A stretch of 64,000 nucleotides of DNA from Candidatus Woesearchaeota archaeon (GTDB taxonomy: Archaea > Nanobdellota > Nanobdellia > Woesearchaeales > JBDRGA01): positions 24,723 to 88,722 of the forward strand of contig JBDRGA010000052.1 in NCBI GenBank assembly GCA_043818175.1. The letters are read 5' to 3'. Position 1 is the stretch's first letter, and every line of letters starts with the position of its first letter. A program made the position numbers and the translations under genes. Positions 59,183-64,000 of the stretch are shown here, in pieces. A model generated the notes under the pieces. That model was not told where the DNA came from. It made no database searches and was given only the letters and a program-made list of their open reading frames with translations.

Positions 59183-60012
59183 ATCAGGATTACAAGCAGG
59201 ATTACTGCGTAAATGATTTGTCTTAATGGTCCTAAGACGCTTGATGGAAGCTCTAAGAACCTCAATGCTTCAGGAATTGCCAATAATATTATCGTGGCAA
59301 TGAATGAACCCTTCATGCTGGCAATCCCACCAACAATTACTATAGTGAATACTAGAACCAGTTCTAAAAGATTAAAGCTTGAGGGGTCAATGAACGTGAT
59401 GTAGTGCGCGAACAAACTTCCTGCAATTCCTGCAAAGAACGCACTTATCATCATGGCTTCTCTCTTAAGCTTGAAAGCATTCTTCCCTAGAACTTTGGTG
59501 CTTGTTTCATCGTCGCGCACAGCCTGCAATAGACGTCCGTACGGGCTTTTCACAATACGATGCAATATGAATAATGTGATCGCTGCAATAATAACAACGA
59601 AGATTAAGTATTCAGTTCCTGTGTTAACGACCCATCCAAAAACATTTGGCTTGGGAATTCCAGGAATGCCCAAAGGTCCTCTTGTTAGTTTAGTAAGGTT
59701 GAGCATCAAACTGTAAACAACAAAGCTGAATCCAAGAGTTGCCAACGCTAGATAGTCTCCTTTTACTCTTCTTGTAGCAAAGACCAATAACCATCCCGCA
59801 AGACTTGCTATAATTCCTGCTGCGAGGAGTGCTATTAGGAAAGGAACTCCTGCCTTTGTGAGCAATGCACTGGTGTACGCTCCAATTCCAAAGAAAGCAA
59901 CATGACCAAGGTTTAGAAGACCTGTGTATCCAAGGGCGAGGTTTAAACTAGTTGCAAGAATTACATAAATCCCCATGATTATCAAAACGTGAATCAAATA
60001 AGGCAAGATCAT
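59140..60012 (-). CDS. livM: branched-chain amino acid ABC transporter permease (LivM-like)
   Basis: Multi-TM permease between the ATPase and second permease genes. Confidence 0.8.
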   Translation of the reverse strand: MILPYLIHVLIIMGIYVILATSLNLALGYTGLLNLGHVAFFGIGAYTSALLTKAGVPFLIALLAAGIIASLAGWLLVFATRRVKGDYLALATLGFSFVVYSLMLNLTKLTRGPLGIPGIPKPNVFGWVVNTGTEYLIFVVIIAAITLFILHRIVKSPYGRLLQAVRDDETSTKVLGKNAFKLKREAMMISAFFAGIAGSLFAHYITFIDPSSFNLLELVLVFTIVIVGGIASMKGSFIATIILLAIPEALRFLELPSSVLGPLRQIIYAVILLVILMWRPRGLMGKVDLA

Positions 60013-60887
60013 GTCTTAACGCCTCCTTTGTTAATCCCGAAGATTCCAGTTGGCCTGAATAGAAGGAAGATGAACAACAAGCCAAACGCTATTGCATCCT
60101 TGTATCCAGAAGGAAGGTACCATATCCCATAATTTTCTGCCAAACCAAGAAGATAACTTCCCACAACGCTTGCGGGAATTGAAGTTACTCCCCCAATAAC
60201 TGCGCCAGTGAAACCTTTGACCATTAGCATCGTTCCCATTGTTGGTTCTAAATTCTGCTCCAGACCAATCAAGATTCCCGCAACTCCTGCCAGCGCAGAA
60301 CCAATCAAGAAACTGTATCCCTGAATTCTTCTTGAATTAACACCCATAATTCTTGCAAGCTCAGGGTTATCAGCAACGGCACGCATATGTCTTCCCAATG
60401 CTGTTCGCTTCATCATTAAGAACAGTCCAACAAGAATCGCAATACTTACAATGAAAATGACTAATTGTAACGGTGTAATGATTGCTCCAAAAACACTGAT
60501 TCCATGGAGAGGAAATCGTTGAATGCTCTTGACGTCAGCGCCGAACAACATAAGTATTAGATTTTCAACTAAAATTAAAATTCCAACACTCGCAATAAGC
60601 AAAACTACATTTGAAGAATGTCTTTGTCGCATTGGCGCATAGATACCTACAAACATAAGATACCCTAAACCTGATGCAGCGAGTATTGTGAGTGGTATGC
60701 TTGCCCAGAAAGGAATCCCAAGAATAACAAAGAGAAGAAACATGATGTATCCTGCTGCAGCAACACTCGAGCCATGCGCGAAATGAATGAAACGGTTCGT
60801 ACCGTAAATCATCGAGAATCCCGATGCAACTAGTGCATAGATACTCCCGATGATAAGAGAATTAAAAAGAAGTTGAACAAAAATCAT
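60009..60887 (-). CDS. livH: branched-chain amino acid ABC transporter permease (LivH-like)
   Basis: Multi-TM permease in the operon. Confidence 0.8.
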   Translation of the reverse strand: MIFVQLLFNSLIIGSIYALVASGFSMIYGTNRFIHFAHGSSVAAAGYIMFLLFVILGIPFWASIPLTILAASGLGYLMFVGIYAPMRQRHSSNVVLLIASVGILILVENLILMLFGADVKSIQRFPLHGISVFGAIITPLQLVIFIVSIAILVGLFLMMKRTALGRHMRAVADNPELARIMGVNSRRIQGYSFLIGSALAGVAGILIGLEQNLEPTMGTMLMVKGFTGAVIGGVTSIPASVVGSYLLGLAENYGIWYLPSGYKDAIAFGLLFIFLLFRPTGIFGINKGGVKT

Positions 60888-60891
60888 TTCA

Positions 60892-62040
60892 TCACTCAGT
60901 CACGTTAAACGGAACAAACGCACCATCCTTCACGACGACGATGTCGTATGCAGGGTTTGCAAGGTCACCGTTGGAATCAAATGTGATGTGACCTGACACT
61001 CCATTGTAGTCAACGTTGTACAGAGCGTCCTTAACTGCTTCAGCATTGGTGCCTTGCTCTTCAATGACCTGCATGAGTATCTTAGCAGTGTCATACCCCT
61101 GCTGAGCGTATAAGGGTGGTGTTACCCCATATGCTTCCTTGTAAGCAGAGTCAAATTCAGGCGTGGTCTTGCTGGAGGGATACGTTACAATAAAGTCCTC
61201 GGTCGCATCTCCACCAACCTGCATTAGGGTGTCATCCTTCGACCCATCCGCACCAATGAACTGCACGTCAATGCCAAGCTCCCTAGCCTGCTGGAGAACT
61301 CTTCCAACATCAGGATAGTATCCGGGAATGTATACGATATCAGGTTTAGCCTGTTGAAGTTTTGTCAGCTGAGTTCTGAAATCATTGCTTGATTTTTCAA
61401 ATGCTTCGAACGCAACGACGTCGCCACCACTGCTCGTGAACGTGTCCTTGAAAGCATTTGCGAGGCCTGAAGCATATTCATCAGTCGAGTAAAGGACTGC
61501 TGCAGTCTTGGCATTGAATGTATCCATTGCCAGATTGGCTGCAACCTTGGCCTGGTATGAATCGCTGGCAACAATCCTGAAAACATAATCGCCTGCATCA
61601 CTGATTGATGGTGCAGTGCTTCCTGGGCTCACAGTCGGCACGTGTGCTTGCTCAACTACATCAGTGAAACTCAAGGTCTCACCACTACAGGCCCCTCCGA
61701 TTATGGCAGATACCATATCAATGTTGACTAGTTTGTTCGCCGCATTATTGGCATCCTTCCCATTACACTTTCCATCCTCTGCAATCAGGTCAAATTGCTG
61801 ACCACCTTTTGCATTCTCCTCACCAACAGCCAACTGGGCTCCGTTCTTAATCCCCAAGCCAATGACAGATACATCGCCTGTGAGAGGAGAAATTAGCCCC
61901 AGCTTAATCGGTCCCTGCGCTGTCGTGGGAGTTCCCCCACTTGCATCCGCGTCTGGACCTGTTGTGGTCGTTGTCGTTTCCGTCGTGCACGCCGCCAGAA
62001 CGAGCATTGATATTATTCCAATAATCAATAGGTATTTCAT
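60892..62040 (-). CDS. livJ: ABC transporter substrate-binding lipoprotein (LivJ/K-like, type I periplasmic binding fold)
   Basis: MKYLLIIGIISMLVLAAC lipobox, Thr-rich linker, then a PBP type I domain. Start placed at MKYLL. Confidence 0.8.
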   Translation of the reverse strand: MKYLLIIGIISMLVLAACTTETTTTTTGPDADASGGTPTTAQGPIKLGLISPLTGDVSVIGLGIKNGAQLAVGEENAKGGQQFDLIAEDGKCNGKDANNAANKLVNIDMVSAIIGGACSGETLSFTDVVEQAHVPTVSPGSTAPSISDAGDYVFRIVASDSYQAKVAANLAMDTFNAKTAAVLYSTDEYASGLANAFKDTFTSSGGDVVAFEAFEKSSNDFRTQLTKLQQAKPDIVYIPGYYPDVGRVLQQARELGIDVQFIGADGSKDDTLMQVGGDATEDFIVTYPSSKTTPEFDSAYKEAYGVTPPLYAQQGYDTAKILMQVIEEQGTNAEAVKDALYNVDYNGVSGHITFDSNGDLANPAYDIVVVKDGAFVPFNVTE

Positions 62041-62136
62041 GTGGATGAACCTCCTTGAATTTTGATGTCGGCGAGTTATTCTTATAAATGTTTTGCCCAC
62101 ATGAAATTGTTAGGCACTACGCGATAACTCTGCGCG

Positions 62137-62733
62137 TCAAGTTATAGAAGCCCACCTTAAAAGTTCTGTCTTGAGCTGAGCTGCTGAAGTGAAAAGTATA
62201 GTTTGTATGCCGAGAGCACGAGCTGCATCAAGATTACGTTCATGATTATCAACATAGACTATTTCGCTCGGAGGCACAGCAAGCATTTCCAGAACTATTT
62301 TGTAAGCAAGAATGTCTGGCTTGGCCGCGCCGATGCGTGATGAAACGAAGATGTGTTGAAAATACGAATCGAGCTTAAAGTGTTGAACTCTGTAGTCAGA
62401 GGCATCAAGAGCCTCATTGGTGAATGCTGCAGTCGTACCAAATTTCTGCAATGCTCTGACCAGCTTAAGCACTTCTTCGTTTGCTATATCGAACGAGCGT
62501 AGGAATTGAACTGCTTCTTCAACTTGATGCGAAGCACCAAGTGATTCGAAAAGGCGAGCGAGAAATTCTCTCTCAGTTAGTTTGCCGCGATTCAGTGAGG
62601 GAAGTTTTGAAGTGAAGAACGATTCAGCATTCCGCGAATTCAATTTGAACTGTGTAATCAGCTTCTTTTGCTCGCTAAAACCAAAATGATTTGACAAGCA
62701 AACACCACCAAGGTCAAATAGGAATACAGTCAC
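62137..62733 (-). CDS. HAD-like hydrolase
   Basis: FLFDLGGV motif I variant and C-terminal D-rich motif. Confidence 0.6.
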   Translation of the reverse strand: MTVFLFDLGGVCLSNHFGFSEQKKLITQFKLNSRNAESFFTSKLPSLNRGKLTEREFLARLFESLGASHQVEEAVQFLRSFDIANEEVLKLVRALQKFGTTAAFTNEALDASDYRVQHFKLDSYFQHIFVSSRIGAAKPDILAYKIVLEMLAVPPSEIVYVDNHERNLDAARALGIQTILFTSAAQLKTELLRWASIT

Positions 62734-63266
62734 AGCCCTAGGTCCCCCAAGACTTTCTCAGGAGAATCAGACAGGTTCAATGAATATTCCTGCCAAGTGA
62801 TTCCCAGTTCAGTGTAAATACCTTTGATAAGGGCGTGAACTCGAAACTGATGATTAAGGCTAGTGGTTCTCTTTCCATTATCTACGACTGGAAAGCGTCC
62901 CAAAGGAGGAATAACCACCTTCTCGTATACACTCGCGTGAGCCACAATTTTCTCGCGCCATCTGTTGATTTCTTCTTCGTTCTGAAGACGCCACCATATT
63001 AACGTGTAGGCAAAATAGTCTATGACACTTTTGTCTGAAAGAAAGTCCTCGTTTGCTTTTTCATCTGCAATCTTTCGCTCGAGCGCGCTCCACCGAATCC
63101 TCCTTGCAGATTCATCTGTTAATTGGCGTGGACTCGCGAATCCCTCCTCTTCAAGCACTACATCAACATAATCAGGGACAACTGCATAATCTCTCAGATG
63201 CGGAGCAAGAAACTGTATGAGCGTCGTTTTCCCGACAGCCAATCCTCCAGAAACCGCAACCCTCAT
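62730..63266 (-). CDS. P-loop nucleoside/nucleotide kinase-like protein
   Basis: Walker A VSGGLAVGKTTL; ~178 aa. Confidence 0.55.
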   Translation of the reverse strand: MRVAVSGGLAVGKTTLIQFLAPHLRDYAVVPDYVDVVLEEEGFASPRQLTDESARRIRWSALERKIADEKANEDFLSDKSVIDYFAYTLIWWRLQNEEEINRWREKIVAHASVYEKVVIPPLGRFPVVDNGKRTTSLNHQFRVHALIKGIYTELGITWQEYSLNLSDSPEKVLGDLGL

Positions 63267-63549
63267 GTAGGACCAATATCATAGCTAGCATATAATCTTT
63301 TTCTTAGGCCGACTAATGTCAAGCTGGTTCACCGACCAAAACGCTTATAAAGGGGTCGCGGTTCCACCTGATACATCGCCACCAAAGGAACCCGCTCCAA
63401 GTCAGCGAGCGAGTATTTCTAAGCGAGAAAAAATGAGTGCTTGAAGTAATACTTCATGCATGAGGGAATCACGAATACGAAAATTGACGTTATAGAAAGT
63501 TCAGCCGAAGAAATTTACGGAAATCATACCGTAATCGCGAAGTACAGCG

Positions 63550-64000
<451 letters not shown>

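Overview
The window looks like a 64-kb chromosomal segment from an archaeon with about 42% GC. The archaeal assignment rests on the gene content: Cdc48/VCP, GatD/GatE, archaeal-type AlaRS and SerRS, aIF6, prefoldin alpha, ribosomal proteins S8e and S15P, a Dph6-like protein, TruD, and the 5' part of a divergent 16S rRNA at the 3' edge. All five tRNA genes I could find contain introns. Both genes are compact and the divergent 16S fits a reduced genome of DPANN type, but the lineage is not determined. Most of the window is housekeeping: FtsY, prefoldin alpha, Prs, aIF6 and ScpA, several helicases (Lhr, XPD, Ski2-like), adenylate kinase, and a Liv-type ABC transporter operon. Two things stand out. 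(1) An integrative element of about 5.8 kb (roughly 24.7-30.5 kb) sits next to tRNA-Arg(CCT). It carries two tyrosine recombinases and what looks like a complete diversity-generating retroelement: a reverse transcriptase with DGR signature motifs, a 95-bp template repeat rich in AAC codons, and a matching variable repeat near the 3' end of a 273-aa target gene, in which every TR/VR mismatch falls at a TR adenine. (2) Three tRNA genes (Ser-CGA, Glu-CTC, Arg-CCT) carry long introns, most of them at non-canonical D-loop positions. These introns share a conserved structured sequence module of about 70 nt, which points to intron transposition or a mobile intron-borne RNA element. Other points of note: apparent homopolymer frameshifts in the Lhr helicase gene and in a hypothetical gene; a repeat of the tRNA-Ser 3' end delimiting an ~0.8-kb insert remnant; a GGDEF-domain protein; a bacterial-type MetK; and a eukaryote-like HGPRT.
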